A DNA stretch of 32,000 bases from Geotalea uraniireducens Rf4 (GCF_000016745.1 NC_009483.1:4530001-4562000), one strand, 5' to 3'; counted from the stretch's first letter, positions 1 through 8,166 are shown. Made by a program: numbers and translations. The notes: generated by a model from the letters alone, not told the origin.

Positions 1-1
1 A

Positions 2-265
2 TTGCGGGCCTTGAAGAAACTTCGGGGTGCTGCCGAGGAAGTGGAGCCCCGCAGCAAAGGTATGTCGCAGATTGACATGGTGCTTAACATACTTAATGCA
101 GTCGGAAAGCCACTACACATTTCGCAAATCATTGAAGATGTTGAAAAGACTTTTGGAGTAAAGCTGGAGAGGGAGTCTCTCGTCTCTGCTCTTTCAAAAA
201 AGGTGATGAAGGAGGACCGTTTCATTCGTACCGGCAAAAACACCTTTGCCTTGAAAGGCAGGTGA
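2..265 (+). CDS. Small winged-helix (HARE-HTH-like) DNA-binding protein; possibly 5'-truncated by the window edge
   Basis: The ORF is open to the window edge, with an in-window ATG at 61 (MSQIDMVLNILNAVGKPLHISQIIEDVEK...). The C-terminal '...DRFIRTGKNTFALKG' looks like a wing. The stop overlaps the transposase start (GTGA at 262-265). Confidence 0.4.
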   Translation: MRALKKLRGAAEEVEPRSKGMSQIDMVLNILNAVGKPLHISQIIEDVEKTFGVKLERESLVSALSKKVMKEDRFIRTGKNTFALKGR

Positions 266-1647
266 GGAATATGCTGAGCGAACAGATGACATCTCTCTTG
301 CAGGATGCCTGTGCTGGGGCTTTTGTTCAACAGCGAACCCAAATCCGCGCTATGGAGCTTTCTCTTGGAACTTTGTGCGCATTGGGGCGACGGACCCTCT
401 CCCGTTCCATTTGTGCCGTTGGAAGACAGCATCAGGACTGGAGTGCTGATTACAAGGTGTTTTCCCGTAGCCAGTGGGAGGCCGACCAGTTGTTCTCTCC
501 GGTCTTGAAAGAGTATTGTACGCGGTACCCTGCGGATCAGCCTGTTTGTGTGGCGTTTGACGATACCAAGCTGGCCAAGAGCGGGCGAAAGATCAAGTCG
601 GCCTTTTGGCAAAGGGATCCGCTGTCTCCGCCGTTCCATGTCAACTTCCTGTATGGCTTGAGATTTATGCACGCATCCCTGATCTTCCCTCACTACCGGG
701 ATGGCGATTTCTCCGCTCGCGGATATCCTGTCCGCTTCGTGGAATGCCCAGCGATCAAGAAGCCGGGGAAAAAGGCAACTGATGAAGAGAGGGCGCAATA
801 CAAGAAGGCGGTGAAGACTCATAATCTCTCGCAGCAGGGACTTGAAATGATCAAGGGGTTGAGAGTCGATCTTGACCGTCTGGGGGAAACAAAGAGGAGA
901 ATGGTGGTCGCAGTTGATGGCAGTCTCTGTAATCGCACCATCCTCTCCAAACCGCTGGATCGTGTTGAGGTTGTCGGTCGTTGCAGGAAAGATGCGCGGT
1001 TGTGTTTTCCTGCTCCGGCAGGAGGAAGGCGCAAATACAGCGAAGAGCGATTTTCTCCTGAAGGGGTCAGGCAAGATGAGACGATCCCCTGGCAAACCTG
1101 CAGGATTAATTTTGGCGGAGCATGGCGGGATATTCGGTACAAAGAAGTCAATAATGTTCTGTGGCAAAGAGGTGCGAAACTCCGCTCTCTTCGGCTGCTG
1201 GTGGTTGCACCGCAACCGTACAGGACATCGCCAAATGCTAAAAGGAATTATCGTGACCCGGCCTATCTCTTGAGCACTGACATACAAAGTGACTCTCAGA
1301 TGTTGCTGCAAAGTTACTTTGATCGTTGGCAGATAGAGGTCAATCATCGTGAGCAAAAGGATACCATTGGTGTCGGAAACGCTCAGGTCTGGTCTGACAA
1401 GTCTGTCCCACGACAACCGGCATTCGCCGTTGCCAGCTACAGCCTCTTGCTGCTTGCGGGATTGAAAGAATTTGGACCTGGACGTACTCATGACTTTGTT
1501 CCCTTGCCAAAATGGAGAAAAAAAGCAAACAGACCTTCGGCTCTCGACCTGATTACTCTACTCAGAAAGGAGATCAGCGAAGCACCAATTACCGATATTT
1601 TGAAACTTAACATCGCGAAAAATATCATGCCCTACGCATATACTTGA
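262..1647 (+). CDS. IS4-family DDE transposase (IS boundaries not resolved)
   Basis: 461-aa ORF. The C-terminal 'YFDRWQIEVNHREQKD' fits the IS4 Y-(2)-R-(3)-E-(6)-K signature. The N-terminal '...GRRTLSRSICAVG..DWSADYKVFSRSQW' is typical of IS4/IS701-like transposases. Alternative ATG start at 271. Confidence 0.8.
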   Translation: MRNMLSEQMTSLLQDACAGAFVQQRTQIRAMELSLGTLCALGRRTLSRSICAVGRQHQDWSADYKVFSRSQWEADQLFSPVLKEYCTRYPADQPVCVAFDDTKLAKSGRKIKSAFWQRDPLSPPFHVNFLYGLRFMHASLIFPHYRDGDFSARGYPVRFVECPAIKKPGKKATDEERAQYKKAVKTHNLSQQGLEMIKGLRVDLDRLGETKRRMVVAVDGSLCNRTILSKPLDRVEVVGRCRKDARLCFPAPAGGRRKYSEERFSPEGVRQDETIPWQTCRINFGGAWRDIRYKEVNNVLWQRGAKLRSLRLLVVAPQPYRTSPNAKRNYRDPAYLLSTDIQSDSQMLLQSYFDRWQIEVNHREQKDTIGVGNAQVWSDKSVPRQPAFAVASYSLLLLAGLKEFGPGRTHDFVPLPKWRKKANRPSALDLITLLRKEISEAPITDILKLNIAKNIMPYAYT

Positions 1648-1671
1648 AACTATATATGTCCAAACTCCAGT

Positions 1672-1694
1672 TCTCTCTCCCTCTGGGAGAGAGA
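1672..1694. other. Perfect 10-bp stem / 3-nt loop hairpin (tctctctccc-tct-gggagagaga)
   Basis: Read directly from the sequence. It lies between the transposase stop and the ABC ATPase stop. No U-run follows on either strand, so terminator function is uncertain. Confidence 0.3.
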
Positions 1695-1705
1695 TAGAGA
1701 GAGGG

Positions 1706-1751
1706 GTACGTTGAGGAGCCGAAGACGAGCCAACAAAGATAGCGCCTTGAT
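1706..1751. repeat. Partial copy of the 120-nt TIR-bounded element found at 26460-26579
   Basis: The 46-mer gtacgttgaggagccgaagacgagccaacAaagatagcgccttgat matches 26524-26569 at 45/46 positions. The following 'gtggaattgaa' resembles the right inverted repeat 'ttgaaattgga'. Confidence 0.7.
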
Positions 1752-1766
1752 GTGGAATTGAACGTT

Positions 1767-2546
1767 TCAGATGGCATAGCTGAACAGCTTATCCGCATCC
1801 AGGTGAAACTCCGCCAGCACCTCATCCTTTAGTTTCTGAAAATCATACGATGCCCGATCCCGCGGTCTGGGGAGCTGGACCGGAACGATCTTCCTGATCG
1901 TCCCCGGACGGGACGACATGATAACGATCTTGTCGGATAGATAAATCGCCTCCTCCACGTCATGGGTGACCATGATCATGGTGATGGCTTCTGCTTTCCA
2001 GATCCGCTCGATCTCCTTGTGCATGTACATGCGGGTCAGGGCGTCCAGCGCTCCCAGCGGTTCGTCGAGAAGCAGAATCTCCGGCCTGTTCACCAGCGCC
2101 CGTGCAATGGCCGCCCGCTGCGACATCCCCCCGGAAAGCTGGGACGGGTGCGCGTTTTCGAAACCGTTCAGCCCCACCAGGTCGATATGCTCCTGGATGA
2201 TTTTCTTCTTGTCCTTGCCATTCAGCTTTTTCAGTCCGAGACCGATATTTTTTTCCACCGTGAGCCACGGCAGGAGCCGATGGTCCTGGAATACCACCCC
2301 CCGGTTCAGGCTGGGACCGTTGATCTTCTTGCCGTCCACGAGGATTTCGCCGCTGTAGTCGGTTTCCAGGGAAGCCAGCAGGCGCAAAAAGGTGGTTTTT
2401 CCGCAGCCGCTCTGGCCGATGACGCTGACGAACTCTCCCGGCGACACGCTGAGGTTGATATCCTCAAGAACTGGTACCTCCTTCCCTTTGGCAACGAACT
2501 TCTTGTGCAGGTTTGCCACTTTTACTGTCCCTGGTTTCTGATACAT
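1767..2546 (-). CDS. ABC transporter ATP-binding protein, NitT/TauT (nitrate/sulfonate/taurine) family
   Basis: Walker A GQSGCGKTT, signature LSGGMSQR, Walker B ILLLDEP, H-loop VTHD. Start chosen at MYQKPG (ATG 2546), preceded by AGAAGGAGGA. The ORF-track N-terminal extension to 2660 was rejected. Confidence 0.9.
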   Translation of the reverse strand: MYQKPGTVKVANLHKKFVAKGKEVPVLEDINLSVSPGEFVSVIGQSGCGKTTFLRLLASLETDYSGEILVDGKKINGPSLNRGVVFQDHRLLPWLTVEKNIGLGLKKLNGKDKKKIIQEHIDLVGLNGFENAHPSQLSGGMSQRAAIARALVNRPEILLLDEPLGALDALTRMYMHKEIERIWKAEAITMIMVTHDVEEAIYLSDKIVIMSSRPGTIRKIVPVQLPRPRDRASYDFQKLKDEVLAEFHLDADKLFSYAI

Positions 2547-2610
2547 AACGTTCCTCCTTCTCTGCAGTTTCGGTTTAATCTCCGCCTTGCCGTTCCCTTG
2601 GTGGGGGGGG

Positions 2611-3399
2611 TCAGGAATTCCGCCACTGCATGAAACGGTTTTCAAAGGTTTTGGCCACATAGTCCAGGGCGAAACCGATGAAGCCGATAATGATAATTCC
2701 GACCATCACGATATCCATGCGCCAGTTTATGCGCCCTTGCCCGATCATGTTGCCGATCCCCCCTGCCTGGGTAAACATGAACAACTCGGCTGCGACCAGC
2801 TGCCCCCAGCCGATGTTCAGGCTCATCCGCAACCCTGTCACAAGGGAGGGGAGAACCGACGGCAGGAAGATCTTCCTGATCAGTCTGATTCTGCCGAAGC
2901 CGAAGACACGTCCTACTTCCACGTATTCCTTGCGGACACCACGTATGCCGTCGAACGTGCTGAGGACGATGGGAAACGAGCACCCGAGGGCGATGAAGAA
3001 TATCTTCGAAGCCTCGGCAATACCGCAGAAGATGATGATCAGCGGTATCCAGGCAAGCAGCGGGACCTGCCGGATGGCGTTGAACAGGGGCGCCACCAGT
3101 TTCTCCAGGGTTCTGAACATGCCGAACAGCATGCCGAGGAGAAATCCCGCCGTGATGCCGAGGAATGTTCCGGCGAAAAATCTGATAAAACTGACTTTTA
3201 GGTTAAAGGCAAGGACCCCCTCCTTCCAGAGGGAGATAAATGCCGTTACAACCTTCCCCGGCGTAGGAAGAAACATGGGGGGCACCAGTTCCCACCGGGC
3301 CAAACCCCACCATGCGGCCAGGATCAGCAGCGGGAAAATGATGCCACGACTGATTTTCCTCAGATGCTCTTTGTTGTTGAATGAAACTGTGAAACCCAT
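2611..3399 (-). CDS. ABC transporter permease, NitT/TauT family (SsuC/TauC-like)
   Basis: Multi-TM protein with an EAA-type loop '...LSTFDGIRGVRKEYVEVGRVFG'. Start chosen at ATG 3399 (AAGGAA RBS). The ORF is open up to 3480, so the start is uncertain. Confidence 0.8.
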   Translation of the reverse strand: MGFTVSFNNKEHLRKISRGIIFPLLILAAWWGLARWELVPPMFLPTPGKVVTAFISLWKEGVLAFNLKVSFIRFFAGTFLGITAGFLLGMLFGMFRTLEKLVAPLFNAIRQVPLLAWIPLIIIFCGIAEASKIFFIALGCSFPIVLSTFDGIRGVRKEYVEVGRVFGFGRIRLIRKIFLPSVLPSLVTGLRMSLNIGWGQLVAAELFMFTQAGGIGNMIGQGRINWRMDIVMVGIIIIGFIGFALDYVAKTFENRFMQWRNS

Positions 3400-3532
3400 G
3401 GTTCTATTCCTTAGTCCCTTAGAAAAATTATTTGCATGTTTTTTCGAAGAATTTTTCGTGAAGGGACTTATCCCGTTCATCGGGGTTAGGATTGCCCTTC
3501 ATAATTCATAACTCATCCTTCATACTTATCCC

Positions 3533-4309
3533 TTAGCGGTAGCTGCTCCGCCAGCGTAGGAAGTACGCTTCAACCAGCCCCGCCAGGTAGTCCATGATGA
3601 ACCCGAGGATACCGACGGTTATGATGCCGACAAAGACGATGTCGTTCTGGAAAATCTGCCTGCCCCAGTTCATCATGTAGCCGATACCGACTGAGGCAGC
3701 CAGGATCTCCGCACCGACGACCGCCATCCAGGCAAAGCTGAGGCTGATCCGCAGACCTGTGGCAATGGAGGGGAGCGCAGACGGAAGGACAAACTTTCTC
3801 AGCAGCCCCAGCCGCCCGTATTCAAAGACTTTACCTACCTCCAGGTATTCCCGCGGCACACCCCTGATCCCTTCCAGGGTATAGAGCGCCATGATGTAGA
3901 ACGGGGCGACTGCTATGAACAGCACCTTGGATTTCTCCCCGATACCGAACCAGAGGACCAGCATGGGAAACCAGGCATAGAGGGGAACCTGGCGCACCGT
4001 ATGAAACGTAGGGCCGATATACTCTTCAATTCTCTTCGACAAACCAAGTGCTGCCCCGAGAAGAATCCCTGCCAAGCTACCGATGAGAAATCCGGCAAAA
4101 ACCCGGGCAAAACTTGCCAGTAGATGATTTATCAGCTCTCCGCTGGCAATGAGGTCCTTGAATGTCTGGGCCACGATCTGCGGCGGTATCAACAACAGGC
4201 TGGAAAACAGCTCCTTGCGCGTGACGATTTCCCAGGCTATCAGCAGCAGTACCGGGACAATCAGCCCCAGGGCCTTTTTATGTAACTGCAATCCTTCCGG
4301 GAATCTCAT
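3533..4309 (-). CDS. ABC transporter permease, NitT/TauT family (second paralogue)
   Basis: Multi-TM protein with an EAA-type loop '...LYTLEGIRGVPREYLEVGKVFE'. GGGAGGA RBS before ATG 4309. Confidence 0.85.
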   Translation of the reverse strand: MRFPEGLQLHKKALGLIVPVLLLIAWEIVTRKELFSSLLLIPPQIVAQTFKDLIASGELINHLLASFARVFAGFLIGSLAGILLGAALGLSKRIEEYIGPTFHTVRQVPLYAWFPMLVLWFGIGEKSKVLFIAVAPFYIMALYTLEGIRGVPREYLEVGKVFEYGRLGLLRKFVLPSALPSIATGLRISLSFAWMAVVGAEILAASVGIGYMMNWGRQIFQNDIVFVGIITVGILGFIMDYLAGLVEAYFLRWRSSYR

Positions 4310-4382
4310 CTCTAATCCTCCCTTTTGCCCCTGCTAATCTTGGCAAGGCTTTTGTGAAGCTCATTTCAATGTCTTATAAATC

Positions 4383-4462
4383 CCCCCTCTTAAGTTAAGA
4401 GGGGGTTAGGGGGAGTTATGTGGTCGTAACCCCTCCCAGCCTCCCCTTAGTTTAAGGGGAGG
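4383..4462. repeat. Two G/C-capped palindromic hairpins (ccccctcttaa-g-ttaagaggggg and cctcccctta-gtt-taaggggagg) inside the operon
   Basis: Read directly. They lie in the 188-nt gap between the methyltransferase stop (4498) and the permease start (4309). Confidence 0.5.
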
Positions 4463-4497
4463 AGCAATTAGACAAAAGCATTGAATACAGCATTGGC

Positions 4498-5322
4498 CTA
4501 ATGCACGATTGCCAGTCCCTTTTTTTTCTTGGCAATGGCAAAGATGGTGTGGCGGCTCAACTGGATGCCATCCTTGGTCCGGTATTTTTCCAGCTCGACC
4601 TCGATGTCCGATTTCACCTGTTCCCGCAGCCACTCCGGAACATTACTCAGGTAATTGCCGAAAGAACTCGCCTCACTGTGCCTGATGAATTCTTTCGCCG
4701 TCGGGTGGGTTCTTTTGACTGTTTTCACCTGGATGTCGATCACCTTGAGATTAACCTTTACCAACATGTTGATGAGTTCCGTGGTCGTCAGGTGGCGCTT
4801 CTCCGGCAGCTGTACGTGTTTGTTGTACGGCTCTCTCTGCAGCACACGGTTCGTGATGAACTCTATGCCGGAATAAAAATTCAGCTCCTTGGCGCCGGTG
4901 GTGATACCGACTTTCCCTCCCGGCTTGAGGACCCTGACAATTTCCAATAAAGCGGCTTCCTTATCCTGCACCCAGTGAAAAACCGCGTTCAAATAGACGA
5001 CGTCGATGCTGTTATCATTTATGGATTCAAGATTCTCGGCAGTGCCGATCTCATAATACGCATTCTGATGGGCATTCTTTTCGTTGGCGATCTTGATCCT
5101 CTCCTCAAGAGGATCTATGCCGATATATGTCCCGGTAGGCCCTATGATGTCGACCACATGGCGGCCGAGCCTGCCAGTGCCGCAACCTATATCAAGAACT
5201 GTAGCTCCCTGACTGACGTCGAGACTTTCGATCAGGGCAACCCCATTATTGAATTGCGAGTTGCTGAGTTCATCGTAGCTTTTGGCGAGTTCACTGTTAT
5301 CAAGTGTTAGAGTAATCGCCAT
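4498..5322 (-). CDS. Class I SAM-dependent methyltransferase
   Basis: Motif I 'VLDIGCGTGRLG' and post-I 'IGIDPLEE', then 'VVYLNAVFHWV' and 'LKPGGKVGITT'. Start chosen at MAITLTL (ATG 5322, AAGGAAGGA RBS). The ORF-track extension to 5388 runs into a terminator U-run. Confidence 0.8.
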   Translation of the reverse strand: MAITLTLDNSELAKSYDELSNSQFNNGVALIESLDVSQGATVLDIGCGTGRLGRHVVDIIGPTGTYIGIDPLEERIKIANEKNAHQNAYYEIGTAENLESINDNSIDVVYLNAVFHWVQDKEAALLEIVRVLKPGGKVGITTGAKELNFYSGIEFITNRVLQREPYNKHVQLPEKRHLTTTELINMLVKVNLKVIDIQVKTVKRTHPTAKEFIRHSEASSFGNYLSNVPEWLREQVKSDIEVELEKYRTKDGIQLSRHTIFAIAKKKKGLAIVH

Positions 5323-5373
5323 CGTCGCTAATCCTTCCTTGCTGCATCGCCAAGCGGAATTTGCCTGGCGCAT

Positions 5374-5468
5374 AAAAAAAGAGGCCAAGGATTATTAATC
5401 CTTGGCCTCCAGTTTTCTGGTCAGCCTTGTCCGAGCAATACGGATTGGTATTTTATTTAAACCCATTG
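5374..5468 (-). promoter_or_regulatory. Leader copy c1: conserved hairpin GGCUGACCAGAAAACUGGAGGC (5405-5426) overlapping an intrinsic terminator (stem 5381-5409, U7 at 5374-5380)
   Basis: Perfect 10-bp terminator GAGGCCAAGG/CCUUGGCCUC plus U7. The hairpin and the terminator share GGAGGCC. Paralogous to 10325-10423. Confidence 0.6.
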
Positions 5469-5470
5469 GC

Positions 5471-5490
5471 CTATCTAATAAGTAGAATAA
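5471..5490 (-). promoter_or_regulatory. Operator-like motif site A (CTACTTATTAGATAG)
   Basis: One of six related sites fitting CTAY-N7-ATAG. It overlaps the -10 element. Confidence 0.35.
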
Positions 5491-5503
5491 TAGCCAGTTT
5501 CAA
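5475..5503 (-). promoter_or_regulatory. Sigma70-like promoter TTGAAA-N17-TATTAG
   Basis: The hexamers and the 17-nt spacer were read on the minus strand. The -10 hexamer is identical to the one in the promoter-like element at 10430-10458. Confidence 0.4.
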
Positions 5504-5511
5504 TCATGATG

Positions 5512-6636
5512 TCAATGCTTTTTCGCTGTTTGCACCAAGCCGGTCCCTGTTTTTACTACTTTGCCATCCTTGTCGTATCTGGCCCAGAAATTTTCCAGTT
5601 TCAGCTCCTTCAGTGCCGCCTCCTGGTAACTGGTATCCACCCACTTATCAATATCGAAGCTCCTCTTGGCGTAGCCCTTCTTTATGGCGAAATCCAGCAG
5701 GGCTTTCAGCTGGCTCTTATGAAAGTCGTCACTCAGGACCCTCGACAATTCATAGGAAGACTCGGTTCTGTTCTGTTCCTTTATGTTGGCATAGGGGGTC
5801 CCCGCCTGGGACCAGAGCTTGAAAATTTCGGTCCGGTTCTTTTCGTCGGCCACATAACGCGATGCCTTCAGGTAGACCTTGACGAAGCGCTTCACCACGT
5901 CCGGGTACTCCTTGGCGAATTTCTCCGTCACGTAGACGGCGCTCACCGGACCGGAAGACTCTGGAAACGCTTTTTTTGGGGCTATGTACTTGATGTCGGG
6001 ATTCCCCGAATAAAGCACCTTGGCCACGCCGGTATCGCGGATCCGAATGCCAACGGCACCGGCATCAACATCCTTGGTGGCGAGAGCGGCCTCGGTATCA
6101 GTCGCCTGCAGGTTCAGCCGGACCAAGTCGTTTTCCGACAGACCATGCAGCTCCAGTGCCTTGAGGAAGGTATACTCGGTATTAGTACCCCGGATGACCC
6201 CGACTCTCTTTCCTTTCAGCTGCTGCACGGTGGTGATCTTGGAATCGCGCGGTATCATGATCTGGGCGCCTCTACTGGGCCCGCTGCCGAGAATGACTTT
6301 GGTCTTCAGCCCAGCCGCCTTGCCGATGACCGCCGGGAATGAGCCGTTTTCCGAGAAGTCGATGTTGCCGTTGGCAAATGCCTCGTTGCACGCTGGCCCC
6401 TGCCCTTTGAAGAAGTTCCACTCGAACTTGATCCCCTCCTTCTTGAACTCCTCCTCCAGAAGCCCCTTGGCATGGATGATGCCCAGGGTTCCTGAAATGA
6501 ATGGTTTGCCGTAGGCGCCGCCGGAGCTGCCGATCCTGATCACTTTCGGATATTTTTCTGCGGAAAAGGCGACGGTAGGCCCAAACGCCACTACCATCAG
6601 TAAAACGATAAATAAACTGCTCAATAACTTTTTCAT
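5512..6636 (-). CDS. Periplasmic substrate-binding protein, NMT1/SsuA/TauA-like (NitT/TauT ABC family)
   Basis: Signal peptide MKKLLSSLFIVLLMVVAFGPTVAFSA. The body, 'KVIRIGSSGG...LKGKRVGVIRGTNTEYTFLKAL', is typical of NMT1-type binding proteins. GGGAGG RBS. Confidence 0.85.
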   Translation of the reverse strand: MKKLLSSLFIVLLMVVAFGPTVAFSAEKYPKVIRIGSSGGAYGKPFISGTLGIIHAKGLLEEEFKKEGIKFEWNFFKGQGPACNEAFANGNIDFSENGSFPAVIGKAAGLKTKVILGSGPSRGAQIMIPRDSKITTVQQLKGKRVGVIRGTNTEYTFLKALELHGLSENDLVRLNLQATDTEAALATKDVDAGAVGIRIRDTGVAKVLYSGNPDIKYIAPKKAFPESSGPVSAVYVTEKFAKEYPDVVKRFVKVYLKASRYVADEKNRTEIFKLWSQAGTPYANIKEQNRTESSYELSRVLSDDFHKSQLKALLDFAIKKGYAKRSFDIDKWVDTSYQEAALKELKLENFWARYDKDGKVVKTGTGLVQTAKKH

Positions 6637-6666
6637 ACAATGTGCCTCCCTCTTTTATTTGTGTGG

Positions 6667-8166
6667 CTAAAATCCGTACTGGAACTGGGCAAGGAATTCG
6701 TTGTTTTTCTGTGCTTTGGGAATCTGCCCGGACACGATGTTATAGTTAAGCTGCAGCTTGGTCGTTGGGGCAAAGAACCAGTTGAAGCCGATGGTATAGA
6801 TGTCTTTACGGTCATCTTCCGCATCCAGATCGGGATCGAACCGGTCGAACCTCAGGAATGGCTGAATGGTTTGGGGGTACCAGTCACCATAGCGGGTCTG
6901 CTCCTTGTATGACTTCTGAAACTGTTCACCGAAGTTGTAGAACAAGGTGAAGGTAATGCCTTCACTCTTGACACTTCTAAAAGTAGATGGGGTGGTGATC
7001 GTGCCGTTCTTGATCTTCTCCTTGGAGAGCGACGGGTCCTCACCCCGGACATATTCCAGCGTAAATCCGACCGGCGTGTTTACGTAGGACAGGTCGCCCC
7101 CATACCTGTTCTTGTCGCCTTTTTGGGACAACGTGGTGTCTGTCGTATTGGTCGTTACGGAAATCGTGGCCGGCGGAGGTGTTGCGTTCGGCACGTTTAC
7201 CGTTGTGGTCGAGGTACGTGTGGCCGTTGCCGTTTTTACCCCCCAGTAACCGGAAACCCCCAGGGTCAGCCCCCGCAGGAAATCGTTATAGTCAACCGGC
7301 GCATTGAAGGCAACCCTCGCGAAGACGTCCTTGTTGTCGTTGTCGTCAGCCTTGTTCGGTCCGCTCCCGTTTACCACCCCAATAGAGTAGGCTATTGCCG
7401 GTACGCGGTACTTGCTGAAGCCATAGTCGTTATGGGGAAACAGGTCTCCGCTGAGTACAAGCCCGATGTCGCGTTCGTCGAGTGACAGCGCCTTGGTGAA
7501 CTGGGCCCCGTTGATCGTCGGTTTGTATTCCTCCGACGCCGTCGCCTCCAGGCCGAAAATCTTCTTCTGCTGCCCGACATAGACATAGAGGTATGGCTTG
7601 GTGACATCATTGGAGGGAAGGATGGAATAGCTGAGATAGGCGTCCTGGATCCTGAGCGTCAGGTCCGACCCGCCGGCATTGGTGCCGAACACATAATCGA
7701 CGTTTTTCCCGTCCTCGTAATCCTTTCTCAGATTCCCGGAGAATTTGAGGTTTAGCGAGGGAGTGCCGAATCCTTCCTTTACCGCCGGGTCATCCGACAC
7801 GACAAACTTAGTGGTGGCGGAGCCGCCGAATTTGAGCGACCTCGACGTGGTTGCGGTTTTCTGGTCATAATTGGTCTGGAACTGGTCGCGTAGCGTCTCC
7901 AGTTCCGTTCTTAACCCATTGAGGTCTCCCTGAGTTACCGGCTCATCATCGGGATCTTTCTCAGTAGCCGCACTGGCTGTCGACGGATCACTCGTTTCCA
8001 CTCCGGATGCCTGATCACTGCTTTTCAATGCATCATCTTTCTTCTCTTCACTCACTGCCTGTTCATCGGTATTTTCGGGTACGGCGGCGGATTCGGCGCT
8101 CCATGAAGCGGGCGCCAGCAACACAAGGCCAAGCAACAGCAAACTCGCTACTTTCACAACTTTCAT
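6667..8166 (-). CDS. Outer-membrane beta-barrel porin, OprO/OprP-like (anion/phosphate-selective porin family)
   Basis: Start chosen at MKVVKVASLLLLGLVLLAPASWSA (signal peptide, GGGGGAAG RBS). An acidic linker and a coiled coil 'LNGLRTELETLRDQFQ' follow. The body has alternating beta-strand character and a C-terminal '...FLAQFQYGF' with terminal Phe. Confidence 0.65.
   Translation of the reverse strand: MKVVKVASLLLLGLVLLAPASWSAESAAVPENTDEQAVSEEKKDDALKSSDQASGVETSDPSTASAATEKDPDDEPVTQGDLNGLRTELETLRDQFQTNYDQKTATTSRSLKFGGSATTKFVVSDDPAVKEGFGTPSLNLKFSGNLRKDYEDGKNVDYVFGTNAGGSDLTLRIQDAYLSYSILPSNDVTKPYLYVYVGQQKKIFGLEATASEEYKPTINGAQFTKALSLDERDIGLVLSGDLFPHNDYGFSKYRVPAIAYSIGVVNGSGPNKADDNDNKDVFARVAFNAPVDYNDFLRGLTLGVSGYWGVKTATATRTSTTTVNVPNATPPPATISVTTNTTDTTLSQKGDKNRYGGDLSYVNTPVGFTLEYVRGEDPSLSKEKIKNGTITTPSTFRSVKSEGITFTLFYNFGEQFQKSYKEQTRYGDWYPQTIQPFLRFDRFDPDLDAEDDRKDIYTIGFNWFFAPTTKLQLNYNIVSGQIPKAQKNNEFLAQFQYGF

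Noticed and set aside
249-1649. A direct repeat CTTGAAA at 250-256 and 1643-1649 as a possible target-site duplication of the IS.
   Set aside because: The right copy contains the transposase stop codon, and no inverted repeats lie inside these positions. It is most likely coincidence.
5411-5467. A leader-peptide attenuation ORF in c1 (ATGGGTTTAAAT..., 23 codons ending in the terminator loop).
   Set aside because: It has no RBS and no run of Cys, Met or other regulatory codons. No equivalent ATG exists in copy c2.
5374-5470. Possibility that the leader is a known riboswitch. Guanidine-I/ykkC is often linked to NitT/TauT transporters. I also considered mini-ykkC, guanidine-III, SAM-I/II, SAM/SAH and SAH.
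   Set aside because: Only short chance similarities were seen, such as 'ACGGCGG' and 'GGACAAG'. The defining conserved cores are absent: the CUAGGGUUCCG and GGUCCGAGAG elements of ykkC, ACGR loops, and the S-box junctions. This should still be confirmed with Infernal.
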